This document shows positions 27,822 through 36,168 of a DNA stretch of 48,607 bases, in pieces. The stretch comes from a virus (Duplodnaviria > Caudoviricetes), in IMG/VR virus record IMGVR_UViG_3300025390_000012, positions 1 to 48,607 of that record; one strand, written 5' to 3'. Each line of letters starts with the position of its first letter. The first letter of the stretch is position 1. The notes under the pieces were generated by a model. The model was not told the origin of the DNA. It searched no databases and was given only the letters and a program-made list of their open reading frames with translations. The translations under genes were made by a program, and so were the position numbers.

Positions 27822-28636
27822 ACGAATTACCTACAGTATTTATCCATATCCTTGCCAAAGATAAGGCAGATGTGATGGAGTATTGGCTAGAGCAGAACCT
27901 AGACAACCTAGATTATCCACGCGACAAGATATATTTACACTTTCGCACAAACAACAACAACGATGACACAGCAGCCATCATTGAAAACTGGATCTACGAG
28001 CAACCAATCCGCGCTGCACGCGGATGGGAGTCGGATGAGCATATGTTCCAGTGGAAAAGTATTACCTTTGACGATAGCGACATAGATGTGCCAGTGCAGA
28101 ACTACGGCATACACGAGTGGAATCCAACGCGCTTTAAGGCACTGGCAGGACTACGCCAAGAAGGTATAGATGAGGCTATCTTTTGGGAAGCAGACTTTTA
28201 CTACACCTGCGATGTGGATAACTTTGTTATCGGCTCAACCTTAAAGCAACTGGTCAGTTACAAATTGCCCGTAGTAGCCCCTCTGATCCGCTATGCGGTA
28301 GGCAAAGAAGAACATACACCTTATGCCAACTTCCATAACCTAGCCACGCCTAACGGCTATTACAAAGACAATCACGCCTATTACTCAATCCTCAACGGCA
28401 TCGTACGCGGGCTGATCCAGTGTGATGTGGTTCACTGCACCTATCTCATCCGCAAAGATATTCTTAAAAAGATAAGTTATGTTGATGGGACAGATGATTA
28501 CGAATATGTTATATTTAGTCGCAACTTACGCAAACTAGGCATTCCGCAGTATTTGGATAACACCAAAATCTATGGATACTTAACGCTTGATGAAGATGTA
28601 GCCGCTTGTAAAAAGTGGATGGCTACATTAAAATAG
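27818..28636 (+). CDS. GT-A fold glycosyltransferase resembling the procollagen galactosyltransferase N-terminal domain
   Basis: LDYPRDKI, DVDN (DxD), VVAPL, YANF, GYYK and VHCTYLI motifs. Confidence 0.8.
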   Translation: MNELPTVFIHILAKDKADVMEYWLEQNLDNLDYPRDKIYLHFRTNNNNDDTAAIIENWIYEQPIRAARGWESDEHMFQWKSITFDDSDIDVPVQNYGIHEWNPTRFKALAGLRQEGIDEAIFWEADFYYTCDVDNFVIGSTLKQLVSYKLPVVAPLIRYAVGKEEHTPYANFHNLATPNGYYKDNHAYYSILNGIVRGLIQCDVVHCTYLIRKDILKKISYVDGTDDYEYVIFSRNLRKLGIPQYLDNTKIYGYLTLDEDVAACKKWMATLK

Positions 28637-28676
28637 ATTTGCCGCTCGCTACCCCTTCCAGGCTTGTAGCGGCAAT

Positions 28677-28709
28677 AAAAAAGCCACCGAGATTTATCGG
28701 TGGCTTTTT
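28677..28709. terminator. Bidirectional intrinsic terminator between convergent operons
   Basis: AAAAAAGCCACCGA-GATTTA-TCGGTGGCTTTTT. Confidence 0.9.
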
Positions 28710-28740
28710 CTTATTGGGTAACTTCCCCTATTACCCAAAC

Positions 28741-29448
28741 TTATTCTACATCAGGTACTTTAGCAGAGGCTGCAGAAAGTGGAGCAACCCCACCTGACGC
28801 TGTTTTGTAATAACCATACGCACCTTTAGGCAAGGTAAATGGCGCAGTGGGTGTATTACATTCGCTGTATGGTGCTTTACCATCTGCTTGATAGAACGAT
28901 GGCCAAGTAAAGTCTGGTGCTATGCAATTGGTCTTAGCAGTTGCAAGTGGAATGTTATAGCAAACTGGCGATACATGGTCGCAAATTTCACGCAACCACT
29001 GACGGCCATCAGGTGCAGTTGCATACTGGTCAATGTGAGCATCTGCCAGCATCTCTGCAACTTCGTGCATAACGACAGTAGCAACGCCAGGTGTAAGGCG
29101 TGCAGGGCTGATCTGCTTACCAAGCAAGACAAAAGGCTTGGAGTATGTGCCAAGATAACTGCGCTTGCCGTAGGCATTAGAACGAATATACGCCACTGGA
29201 TTGCCAAGATGATCTAACTCATGGTAGCCAAGTGCAATACTGGTCATGCTTGCATTGGGAAACTTATCCACAATCAACACATTCCAGTCACCATCCACAG
29301 GTGCAAGGCCGTACTGAACTGTATAGCCAGGCAAATTCCACGCCTGACAGACTTGCTGAACAAAGATTTTAACTGCCTGTGTAGTCAGAAATGTATCCTG
29401 ACTTGCATTGGCCGATGTTGAGTCATTGACGATGTTGATTACTGGCAT
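28741..29448 (-). CDS. Putative zinc metallopeptidase-like protein
   Basis: LGYH, VMHEVAEMLAD and REICD motifs. Confidence 0.55.
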   Translation of the reverse strand: MPVINIVNDSTSANASQDTFLTTQAVKIFVQQVCQAWNLPGYTVQYGLAPVDGDWNVLIVDKFPNASMTSIALGYHELDHLGNPVAYIRSNAYGKRSYLGTYSKPFVLLGKQISPARLTPGVATVVMHEVAEMLADAHIDQYATAPDGRQWLREICDHVSPVCYNIPLATAKTNCIAPDFTWPSFYQADGKAPYSECNTPTAPFTLPKGAYGYYKTASGGVAPLSAASAKVPDVE

Positions 29449-29450
29449 TG

Positions 29451-29630
29451 CTATCTCCTGATGTTGTCCGTTGAGTAAAACCCGTCGGCATTAAAGCGGA
29501 CAGGAGCCGCGAAAAAGATTCGATCCATAAGATTGTCGCAGTGCATTGGGGCGGATGACTCCGCGTGGATTGATCGTTCAACTGTTTCCTCTACTCCGCA
29601 CTTGCCACACTTGTAGTCATAACTAGGCAT
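29451..29630 (-). CDS. FmdB-family zinc-ribbon protein, 59 aa
   Basis: MPSYDYKCGKCG...F.ADGFYSTD signature; below the ORF-track cutoff. Confidence 0.8.
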   Translation of the reverse strand: MPSYDYKCGKCGVEETVERSIHAESSAPMHCDNLMDRIFFAAPVRFNADGFYSTDNIRR

Positions 29631-30258
29631 CTGTCTCTACCTCTCGCTCAAATGGTGATTGTCCACCGAGATGATTGTTAAGTCTGCGTAGCGCACCATC
29701 CACCTTGCGGTGAGCAGTAGTATCGCTTACTTGTAATTCTTCTGCAATTTGAGCAAAGGTCAACTGATGCTCAAACTTCAACTGCAACACATCTCTGTCC
29801 ATCTCATCCAACTTCGCCATTGCACGGCGAATGTCGAATAATTGTATGACATAGTTGCCACCCTCAGCAGGATTGCCAGAACCAGATACACGCTCACCAT
29901 CAATCTTGTGAGTCTCAACCACATCAGACCAAACAAATGGTAACAATTCAGACAAAGTGATAGGCGAGTAGTACGCCTCATCTTCTAGCGAATAGCCAAG
30001 TGATTGCGCTTTGCGCTTGCGGCAGTATCTATCAGCATGGCGTGAGAGTGTCTTGCCCAACTGCTTTACGCCACCCTTATAGGCTTCAGCATCCTGATCT
30101 GGGTCAAGCCACTCACGCACTTTCTTCTCACGACGCAATACCCACACCAAGCATTCCTGCTTAACATCGGATACATCGAAATAGGTATGGTATTTTCTAT
30201 GAACAATACGCGCAACCTGTGAGGCAACTGCCTCTGCCTCATCAAACCAATTAGCCAT
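29623..30258 (-). CDS. Sigma-70-family (ECF-like) sigma factor
   Basis: DVSDVKQE region-2-like segment; C-terminal HTH LTFAQIAEELQVSDTTAHRKV. Confidence 0.75.
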   Translation of the reverse strand: MANWFDEAEAVASQVARIVHRKYHTYFDVSDVKQECLVWVLRREKKVREWLDPDQDAEAYKGGVKQLGKTLSRHADRYCRKRKAQSLGYSLEDEAYYSPITLSELLPFVWSDVVETHKIDGERVSGSGNPAEGGNYVIQLFDIRRAMAKLDEMDRDVLQLKFEHQLTFAQIAEELQVSDTTAHRKVDGALRRLNNHLGGQSPFEREVETDA

Positions 30259-30721
30259 AGATCGTCTCAGGTGCGTGTAGGTATTGTTGCTCTACTGCAT
30301 AAACTGGCGCACGCATAGATGTGTTGTAATACTTTGAATCTTGTGCTTCGTATCCATACATCCATCCGTGGATATTTGCAGTATAAAAAGTAGGCAAAGT
30401 TACCAGCAAATATTTGCGTGCTGGATCATCCTTCTCTGTGATGAGCAATTTGCCCGTGGCATAAGCAGTGGTGCGTACCTCAAACTCGCCCACATCACCC
30501 ATCTTACGCTCTGTAAACAAAGCAAATGGGAACTTATCTTGCCAACGGGCAATCGCTATCTCGCCCAAGCAACCAGATATCTCGCGTGCAACTTGTTCAA
30601 CCCAAGTGGGTGCATGACCTTGTGATGCGTCATTTCCTTTGGCTCTGTTAAAGTTAAAGCGTGCGACTGCTTCAATCGTAGCAAAGGACAAGTCTCCGTG
30701 AGACATCTTTATCTCAATCAT
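30251..30721 (-). CDS. Hypothetical protein, possible restriction-endonuclease-like fold
   Basis: GEIAIA...DVGEFEVRT pattern. Confidence 0.5.
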   Translation of the reverse strand: MIEIKMSHGDLSFATIEAVARFNFNRAKGNDASQGHAPTWVEQVAREISGCLGEIAIARWQDKFPFALFTERKMGDVGEFEVRTTAYATGKLLITEKDDPARKYLLVTLPTFYTANIHGWMYGYEAQDSKYYNTSMRAPVYAVEQQYLHAPETIYG

Positions 30722-31104
30722 GATTTAGGCCATAACCCTCTCTCAACCATCAAGGCGATGACTGCGTAATTAGCCATATCCTTAAAAGAATCTTCAATAG
30801 ACTCATGCTGCGGAGTTGAGCCACTGTATAGCAAGTTTTTAAGACGTTCAAACTTGTCACCAATACGCACCATCAGGCCATTCATTGCGCCACCAAAGGC
30901 GTTGTTGACATTGCCAGGGCCGTAGTCGGCTTGCTTACTGATAAGTAAGTTGCCAATCTCATCCATTACTGACCAGACGCCTGCGGCAAATTCCTGATTG
31001 GCGGTATTTCCACGAGCAATTGATTTTGGTTCTGAATGGATATAACCTTTAATCCCGTAGATTGTATTAATTTTATCGCTTCCGCCAACTCGTTGTTCAC
31101 TCAT
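30718..31104 (-). CDS. DUF1599 / nucleotide-modification-associated domain 1 protein
   Basis: KQADYG.GN, RIGDKFERLKNL and ESIEDSFKDMANYAVI motifs; start moved to ATG 31104. Confidence 0.75.
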   Translation of the reverse strand: MSEQRVGGSDKINTIYGIKGYIHSEPKSIARGNTANQEFAAGVWSVMDEIGNLLISKQADYGPGNVNNAFGGAMNGLMVRIGDKFERLKNLLYSGSTPQHESIEDSFKDMANYAVIALMVERGLWPKS

Positions 31105-31285
31105 CGTCTCCCCCTGTCGGATATTCTCCAGCATAATAATAATTCTTATCTTCTTGATCTAATTCGTAACAGTGTATCATCTTTGTACCATCTTCTCGAT
31201 ACTCAACCATTTCAATTGAGTCAAGTACCCAAAGTAGATGAGGCACTTCGCCGCCATCTTTTGGGCCATAAATAAACTGTGGCAC
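31097..31285 (-). CDS. Hypothetical protein
   Basis: 62 aa; F.YGPKDG motif; coupled to neighbours. Confidence 0.6.
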   Translation of the reverse strand: MPQFIYGPKDGGEVPHLLWVLDSIEMVEYREDGTKMIHCYELDQEDKNYYYAGEYPTGGDDE

Positions 31286-31608
31286 TACTCTGCTTCGTCT
31301 TCTATTTCCCGCAGTATGTACTGAACAATCTCTGAATTATCTCTTAGCGCATTGAGGAAGTGGTAGCCCACAATGTCGCACATTTCTTCCAAGTCAAACC
31401 GCTTGCGTGTTGAGAACGGCGTCTCAAAGACAACGGCATGGGTAATCTCGTGGACAAGCACGCGAAGCATTTTGTCCTCTGGAATGTCAGGACGGATGTA
31501 GATTGTATTTGTATCTGGGTCTGTCAAGCCGTAAGCATCTGGGTCAGTAAGATCGTATTTGATCTTATACTTCATACCAGAGATGTGAATAGACTTAGGC
31601 TTATTCAT
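31285..31608 (-). CDS. HEXXH metallopeptidase-like protein
   Basis: YG.T...IYI...LVHEITHA. Confidence 0.7.
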   Translation of the reverse strand: MNKPKSIHISGMKYKIKYDLTDPDAYGLTDPDTNTIYIRPDIPEDKMLRVLVHEITHAVVFETPFSTRKRFDLEEMCDIVGYHFLNALRDNSEIVQYILREIEDEAE

Positions 31609-31738
31609 AAGACTTTTCCCATCCGAAGATAATTACTTTTTTATACAACCAGATAGATCCAGAAAATTTACCAATGCGAATGCCGTAATGACCTTCTAAG
31701 CCAGGCGGCTTTTTTTGGTAGTAAATTCTAAATCTCAT
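31601..31738 (-). CDS. 45-aa hypothetical protein
   Basis: Hand translation MRFRIYYQKKPPG...; ATGA overlap with the primase gene. Confidence 0.45.
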   Translation of the reverse strand: MRFRIYYQKKPPGLEGHYGIRIGKFSGSIWLYKKVIIFGWEKSYE

Positions 31739-32370
31739 GCGGCTATTCTATCAGTAAACCAGTCGGCTCCGTAGGATAGCAACACGTCGTTCACATCCTC
31801 GTTGTCGGGCAACATGACGACAGTAGCCCTGTCAAGGTCTTCCTTGATCCGCTTGGCTAACTCTTGGCCTGGGTTGCGGCCGTCTTCTTTAACATCATTG
31901 TCAGCAAATATGTAGATATTTTTAAATCCTTCAAATAACTTTGGGAACCAAGGCTTCCACTGAGAAACGCCTGCAACGCCCACCGCTGGTACTCCGACAA
32001 CACCCGACAGTACAATAGTATCAATCTCGCCCTCGCAAATGGCGATAGTGTCAGAATACTTGTGCAGATCAACAACATTAAATAACCCCACCTTTTGGCC
32101 AGTAGGGTAAAGATACTTAGGCGTGCCGCCATCAATAGTCCTAAACTTCATTCCCACAACGCCTGTGGGCGTTTGGTACGGGATAGACAACCTGCCAACG
32201 GAATGCTCATGTCCAGCACTAGGCTCCACGACGCTTCCAAGAAGGAACCGCTCCGCCACTTCCTTTGTTATGCCCCGCTCCGCGAGGTAAGAGGCTGCCT
32301 GTGGTGTGAGACTGCGTGAATAACGCTCTGCTGCTTCCGTGAGCAAGTTCTTCTGCTCTGCGCTTAACAT
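31735..32370 (-). CDS. DNA primase, TOPRIM domain
   Basis: YLAERGI, RLSIPY, KFR, PKY, ICEGEID, FADND and DVND motifs. Confidence 0.9.
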   Translation of the reverse strand: MLSAEQKNLLTEAAERYSRSLTPQAASYLAERGITKEVAERFLLGSVVEPSAGHEHSVGRLSIPYQTPTGVVGMKFRTIDGGTPKYLYPTGQKVGLFNVVDLHKYSDTIAICEGEIDTIVLSGVVGVPAVGVAGVSQWKPWFPKLFEGFKNIYIFADNDVKEDGRNPGQELAKRIKEDLDRATVVMLPDNEDVNDVLLSYGADWFTDRIAA

Positions 32371-32590
32371 CTCTAAACTCCTTTAAGTTTTCCATGCGTG
32401 CTACGACATCGTAAACATCGCCGAGGATTTGGCAAACTAAACAGTTGTAGCCCTGCGAGTCTAAGTTATAGGCTGCACTGGCGTGTGAATCATCGTGCAT
32501 AATGCACTTGCAAGGTATCCAGCCATGACGGTGCATGATTCGTACCCCGTAATGTTCTAGCACAGTGGCTAGATCTGGCTTACTCTCCAT
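32219..32590 (-). CDS. Primase zinc-binding (CHC2-like) subunit
   Basis: KCIMHDDSHASA...YNCLVC; separate ORF overlapping the TOPRIM gene. Confidence 0.8.
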   Translation of the reverse strand: MESKPDLATVLEHYGVRIMHRHGWIPCKCIMHDDSHASAAYNLDSQGYNCLVCQILGDVYDVVARMENLKEFRDVKRRAEELAHGSSRALFTQSHTTGSLLPRGAGHNKGSGGAVPSWKRRGA

Positions 32591-32798
32591 CAAATGGCTC
32601 GTCTGTCCAAGACATATCTTCTAGCCTGCGATAGCCCGCCTTGATTAAGGCACTATTTGCCAGCCTAAGTTGATAGTACAAATCAGTGTACATAGCATTT
32701 GCTGCCTTGTAACGATTGTCCAATTCGTCGTACCGTACTTTTAGGTTAGTCAAAGCCATTCGTATTTGACGATACTTATTCTCAAAAGGCTCACTCAT
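32580..32798 (-). CDS. Coiled-coil hypothetical protein
   Basis: 72-aa ORF overlapping its neighbours. Confidence 0.6.
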   Translation of the reverse strand: MSEPFENKYRQIRMALTNLKVRYDELDNRYKAANAMYTDLYYQLRLANSALIKAGYRRLEDMSWTDEPFDGE

Positions 32799-33147
32799 TA
32801 GTTGTCACCCTTATCCATTGCTCTAAATCTTGAATGACCCAGGCATTCTCCATGCCGCCCATGCGACGTTTGACAATCACATAGGCGGGCGGAGTTGCTT
32901 CTAACCCACGAGCCTTGGCGTAATTGGCTGCCTCAACGGTAGCCTCACGCCAAAACTGCGGTAGGTCCATCTTCGCAGTTGCTTTCAGTTCAAAGACGTA
33001 TGGCTGTCCCGCAACCATACAGACTATATCCCCTTCATCATCCTTACCAGCAAGGCGTAGCCGCTCTGCTAGTAACCCTCTGGAGCGAAGAAACTTTAGT
33101 ATGCCAACTTCAAAAGATGACCCTTTGCGCTTGCCGTATGTACTCAT
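32791..33147 (-). CDS. Holliday junction resolvase (Hjc-like PD-(D/E)XK)
   Basis: KRKGSSFE...DEGDI...VFELK. Confidence 0.8.
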   Translation of the reverse strand: MSTYGKRKGSSFEVGILKFLRSRGLLAERLRLAGKDDEGDIVCMVAGQPYVFELKATAKMDLPQFWREATVEAANYAKARGLEATPPAYVIVKRRMGGMENAWVIQDLEQWIRVTTNE

Positions 33148-33281
33148 AGACCAAGCATCTCGATAATGTCGTGCGCTTCGCGCTTGAGTAGAAACTTCTT
33201 AGCCAACTCATAATCCTCTGGTCTAACATTGATGATCATGTTTTCCAGGCGCATAGCCGAGGTAGTAAAATCGTTACTCAT
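33144..33281 (-). CDS. 45-aa hypothetical protein
   Basis: ATGA overlaps on both sides; ends DIIEMLGL. Confidence 0.6.
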   Translation of the reverse strand: MSNDFTTSAMRLENMIINVRPEDYELAKKFLLKREAHDIIEMLGL

Positions 33282-34105
33282 TGCATATCCTTCCATGATG
33301 TTCCAATTGCTTGGGCTGCTCTGTCAGGATAGAGAGTCATACGGCTTGCATCTGCCCACAATGTGACATATTGCGAACCATCGGCACTATTCTTAGCAAA
33401 GCGGTTCTTTACGCACGCTACACGAAATTCACCTGTCATTGACACAAGTGCCACTGTCAAGATCATCTCTGGTAACTGTGCAATCTTTCCTTGGATAGCC
33501 TTACGTGCTGGTGGCACATCAGGCCGTCCTTCATTCTCTGTCGTGTGATGAAGTAGCATCACTGCTGCATCAGTTTCACGAGCAATGTGGTGCATCGCCT
33601 TGGCTATCTCACGTAGCCCCGACCATTCATCGTTATGAAGCGATACCACATTCATGGCGTTGTCCACAATAATCATGTGTGGATACTCGCCATATGCTTC
33701 TGCGTAAGCACGGATGGATAGATCAATCTCATCCAGCGTAGGGGATGGGCTAAAGTCAAACTGTAGGTGTTTAATGCTTTCCAGTTCTTGACCGTAAAAG
33801 TCTTGACCTGCACCTGAAGCAAAGGCTGCTTCAACAGTAGCAACTTTATGTCCAGTAACCATCGCCGCTGCACGGATTGCAGTCGTATAAGCATCCGTAT
33901 CTGCTGATATGTACAGCGTTGGCACCTTCATCTGCACTGCCATGTAAAGGGCTAACAATGACTTACCAGCGTTAGGCTGGCCTGCAATCATTGTCATCTG
34001 CCCCCGCCTGAACCTAATTCCTTCCGTTACTAACGGCTGGAATAGGTCAGGCAGTAGCGCGTAATCATTGGTACTTTTCGCTGCCGCTTGATGTAAGGAC
34101 AGCAT
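33278..34105 (-). CDS. DnaB/RecA-like P-loop helicase
   Basis: Walker A AGQPNAGKS, IIVDN, LLHH and VKNRF motifs. Confidence 0.85.
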   Translation of the reverse strand: MLSLHQAAAKSTNDYALLPDLFQPLVTEGIRFRRGQMTMIAGQPNAGKSLLALYMAVQMKVPTLYISADTDAYTTAIRAAAMVTGHKVATVEAAFASGAGQDFYGQELESIKHLQFDFSPSPTLDEIDLSIRAYAEAYGEYPHMIIVDNAMNVVSLHNDEWSGLREIAKAMHHIARETDAAVMLLHHTTENEGRPDVPPARKAIQGKIAQLPEMILTVALVSMTGEFRVACVKNRFAKNSADGSQYVTLWADASRMTLYPDRAAQAIGTSWKDMQ

Positions 34106-34111
34106 ATTAAA

Positions 34112-34495
34112 TTATCGAACGAACTTAGGCTCGCATTGATCGGCTGTACCCTTTGGTGATGGGCAGAACCAACCCTTCCATTCCTTTGGTGCGCCTGGCT
34201 TAGACTCACGCCACACTAGCGCACCGTGCTTGCAATGACCTTCTGGGATTGCAACTGGTGCTGGTGGCGTGAATGAACCGTGGCTCACAACCTGTGCGTT
34301 GAATGACTGTGCGACAAGACCAGCGGCATTACCTGCACCACCGAGTGAACCTGCGGTTGCACCGATGAGTGTTGCTGTGTCTTGGATTGTTGCAAGTGAT
34401 GCTTCCAACTCTGCTGCATTGTCTGCATAGATGTTGATTAATGTTCCGTCAGCCAACTTGAAGTTGACTTGGAACTTTGTTGTTTCTGCTGCCAT
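34112..34495 (-). CDS. Conserved phage protein with a C-terminal Zn-binding motif
   Basis: CKHG...WKGWFCP...QCEP; sits between the nuclease and the helicase. Confidence 0.65.
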   Translation of the reverse strand: MAAETTKFQVNFKLADGTLINIYADNAAELEASLATIQDTATLIGATAGSLGGAGNAAGLVAQSFNAQVVSHGSFTPPAPVAIPEGHCKHGALVWRESKPGAPKEWKGWFCPSPKGTADQCEPKFVR

Positions 34496-34505
34496 TTTTT
34501 TCTCC

Positions 34506-35165
34506 TTATTTCGCTTCTGCTAGTGGGTCATATATTTGTGAAAGTTGTCCGCCTACTGCGTAACAGTAGTCTTTTACACCGCATGTGCTACATGACATAC
34601 CGATGTTTGGTAGAAATATCTCAGCCTGTAGTCCACGCTCGAACTGGCTAAACATTTCTGTGAATACTGGAATTGTCCAACGGTCTAAGCCAGTTGCTTC
34701 CTCAAACTCAGCCTTGCGAGCAGAGTAGAAGTAACCGACTGTAGGACGGATACCGAAAGTCATTTCCATACAGCAGGCATATACACCCAACTGCATTGCG
34801 CTATCTGGTGTGTAAGCACCAGTCTTAAAATCAACTACTGCAAGTTCACCCGCTGGTGTAACTGCAATCAGATCGGCGAAGGCTTTGATAGGCACTTCAC
34901 CAAACATGTTGTTAAATTCAATTTCAATGCCAGGAATGCCTTGTGGTGTTTGCCAAATCTCAAAGTGGCTTTCTTGCCACACATTGATGAAGTCGAAGAA
35001 CATTCTCTTGCCGTTTTCGTCCCACCATGCGCCATTTTCTTTATCGGGATTGGCTTTAGATGATCGTCCACCACGACGCCAATCTTGTGGATTGGTACCG
35101 CTCTTAGCCTCAACCTCAGCAATCTGATTGGTAAAGGCTTCTTGCCAAATGGCATCCCATGTCAT
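34506..35165 (-). CDS. Cas4/RecB-like PD-(D/E)XK exonuclease, C-terminal part
   Basis: IEIEF, AFADLI, VVDFKTG, QLGVY and CSTCGVKDYC motifs. Confidence 0.85.
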   Translation of the reverse strand: MTWDAIWQEAFTNQIAEVEAKSGTNPQDWRRGGRSSKANPDKENGAWWDENGKRMFFDFINVWQESHFEIWQTPQGIPGIEIEFNNMFGEVPIKAFADLIAVTPAGELAVVDFKTGAYTPDSAMQLGVYACCMEMTFGIRPTVGYFYSARKAEFEEATGLDRWTIPVFTEMFSQFERGLQAEIFLPNIGMSCSTCGVKDYCYAVGGQLSQIYDPLAEAK

Positions 35166-35353
35166 TCTTTAATTTCCTGTCCGAATACAATCTCTTGTGC
35201 TTTCTTCAGACCTACAATTGTAGCAGGATTAGTCTCAGCCTTAATCTCTTTCTGAATTAGATCAGATAGAGCCTTACGCATAAGTACCTCTGCCTCAACA
35301 AATGCCTGTTCAAAGGCAGTCTTGGTAATTAGTTGTGCGCGTTTCTTTCCCAT
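35162..35353 (-). CDS. Hypothetical protein
   Basis: 63 aa; coupled at both ends. Confidence 0.6.
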   Translation of the reverse strand: MGKKRAQLITKTAFEQAFVEAEVLMRKALSDLIQKEIKAETNPATIVGLKKAQEIVFGQEIKE

Positions 35354-35484
35354 TATTCACAATCCTCACATGTCACGTTGTCGTTATGCCAGCAATCGCT
35401 GTCCCAATCGTACAAACTATTTAACTTCTCTGATGACCAACTGTTGATCCAGAGCAAGAATCTCTCGTATATGCGCTGGTACAT
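35353..35484 (-). CDS. 43-aa hypothetical protein
   Basis: Hand translation MYQRIYER...CWH...CEDCE; TGATG and TAATG overlaps. Confidence 0.5.
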   Translation of the reverse strand: MYQRIYERFLLWINSWSSEKLNSLYDWDSDCWHNDNVTCEDCE

Positions 35485-35699
35485 CAATTGTCCAACTTTG
35501 GCATAGGCGCAACTGCGAGCGAGTCACATAGCGCACACCGCATATCCAAGAAGTAGATGCCCAATTCACCGTCATCGTCAAACTTGCACTTGACGTTCCA
35601 CAAGTCGCTACCACATGGACAGACACTGATTGGACCGAGTGAACGGTAATCTGCTTCTGATCCTGGTGTGGCTCTAAGGTCTGCAATCTCGTTACTCAT
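35484..35699 (-). CDS. Zinc-ribbon hypothetical protein
   Basis: GP..VCPCGS...F...YFLDMRCALC motif. Confidence 0.7.
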   Translation of the reverse strand: MSNEIADLRATPGSEADYRSLGPISVCPCGSDLWNVKCKFDDDGELGIYFLDMRCALCDSLAVAPMPKLDN

Positions 35700-35700
35700 T

Positions 35701-35919
35701 TCAGAAAGGTATCTCCGTATCTTTTAATGTGGTGTTGGTCTTTTCAAATTCTTTGAGCAGAAACTTTTCTGCTGCTGCGTGAAACGCAGACCCACCGACG
35801 AACCACCATGCAGGTTCGCTTGGTGCTTGCAAGCCACGCTCTAACTGCCATGCTTTGCCACAGCGTAGCCATGATGTAAATGAACTAAATGATCTGTGAT
35901 TTACCTTTGTTTCTTTCAT
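35701..35919 (-). CDS. Cas4/RecB-like exonuclease, N-terminal part
   Basis: HRSFSSFTSWLRCG...W...GSAFHAAAE is the PDDEXK_1 N-terminal S.S...C...G..H motif. Confidence 0.75.
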   Translation of the reverse strand: MKETKVNHRSFSSFTSWLRCGKAWQLERGLQAPSEPAWWFVGGSAFHAAAEKFLLKEFEKTNTTLKDTEIPF

Positions 35920-35925
35920 GACTGA

Positions 35926-35980
35926 AATGTAGCAGTGCCTATGAATGGCGTGTCAAATCAATCTGATGGCTCGGCGTGTC
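35926..35980 (-). promoter_or_regulatory. Leaderless promoter of the replication operon with tandem GACACGCC motifs
   Basis: TACATT lies exactly at -12..-7 from ATG 35919. TTGACA at 35951-35956 (19-bp spacer). GACACGCC at 35947-35954 and 35973-35980. Confidence 0.6.
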
Positions 35981-36001
35981 ACATCTGCCGATGGGTTGAA
36001 T

Positions 36002-36031
36002 TTGCAATTGGGTTAAGGTTGTGATTATAAT
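36002..36031 (+). promoter_or_regulatory. Sigma-A-type promoter with no downstream CDS
   Basis: TTGCAA-18 bp-TATAAT. Confidence 0.6.
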
Positions 36032-36121
36032 ACGAGCGAAGCGAGTGCGATGGGGTTAATAGCGCCTGAAGGGCGCTTGGAACGAGCGGCAAAGCCGATA
36101 GCGAGTACGGGTAAAAACGAC

Positions 36122-36151
36122 AAAAAAGCCCACCAAATTAACGGTGGGCTT
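36122..36151 (-). terminator. Intrinsic terminator of the lysis operon
   Basis: AGCCCACC-N8-GGTGGGCT hairpin with a U-tract on the minus strand. Confidence 0.8.
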
Positions 36152-36168
36152 AGTCTTGCTATTAAGTT

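Noticed and set aside
29264-29272. Isolated TTATCCACA, and TTGTCCACA near 33660
   Set aside because: Single boxes inside coding sequence are compatible with chance
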